Shown piece by piece: positions 63,904-64,000 of a DNA stretch of 64,000 nt; positions within the stretch are counted from its first letter, which is position 1, and every line of letters begins with the position of its first letter. The notes under the pieces are model-generated. The model saw only the letters and a list, made by a program, of their open reading frames with translations. It made no database searches and had not been told where the DNA came from. Made by a program: the position numbers and the translations under genes. Origin of the DNA: a virus (Duplodnaviria > Caudoviricetes); IMG/VR virus record IMGVR_UViG_3300031994_004484. One strand, written 5' to 3'.

Positions 63904-64000
63904 ATGAAAGAAATGAAATTTGAAATACCGGCCGGTTTCGATGTTGAAAAAGTCGAAACGACAGACGGTCACGTTGTTATAACACTAAAGGAGAAAGAGC
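63904..64000 (+). CDS. 5' end of a gene truncated by the window edge
   Basis: MKEMKFEIPAGF... after cassette. Confidence 0.6.
   Translation, partial: MKEMKFEIPAGFDVEKVETTDGHVVITLKEKE

Noticed and set aside
1-64000. TAG stop-codon reassignment as in Lak and some crAss-like phages (for example in-frame TAG-ATG at 29481-29486)
   Set aside because: Conserved genes and a 2488-aa ORF are uninterrupted under code 11, and TAG ends complete proteins
1-64000. tRNA, tmRNA or rRNA genes
   Set aside because: No cloverleaf with a T-loop GTTCRA in any intergenic region that I could identify by eye

Overview
A 64-kb, AT-rich, densely coded segment (mostly + strand, standard code 11) of what is most plausibly a jumbo phage of a Bacteroidota host. 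Support: TAnnTTTG-type -7 promoter boxes, A-rich SD-less start contexts, a very high fraction of hypothetical genes, and host-like genes in a phage context. Left part (1-26 kb): probable virion/late genes, a ferritin-like gene with two unannotated MGCxC peptides, a proteostasis and expression-takeover block (AAA-M41 protease, DnaK, DnaJ, NUDIX, IF3, sigma70-type factor), and a three-gene fibre-like locus ending in a 2488-aa Cys-rich protein. Middle (26-42 kb): a PD-(D/E)XK-like nuclease, three DNA methyltransferases, MetK, thioredoxin, an HD-kinase and a GH73 hydrolase. Right (42-64 kb): a hyperplastic region of small genes from a few paralogous families with conserved ends and variable middles, plus three TnpB elements (one IS200/IS605-type, one intact and one truncated IS607-type). 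Most notable unexplained structure: (i) about 10 copies of a fixed-geometry 65-bp intergenic cassette, TTAAS-N5-TTAAG...[hairpin]...TATATTBG-N4-GTTAA; (ii) constant-end/variable-core gene arrays that look like a recombination-shuffled protein library; (iii) a kissing-loop RNA leader in front of an IS607 TnpB; (iv) a sigma54-type promoter with a palindromic operator in front of dnaK; (v) fibre genes whose ends appear to interlock half-domains. No tRNA, rRNA, CRISPR array, reverse transcriptase or integrase was recognised. All family assignments come from motif recognition by eye, not from database searches.
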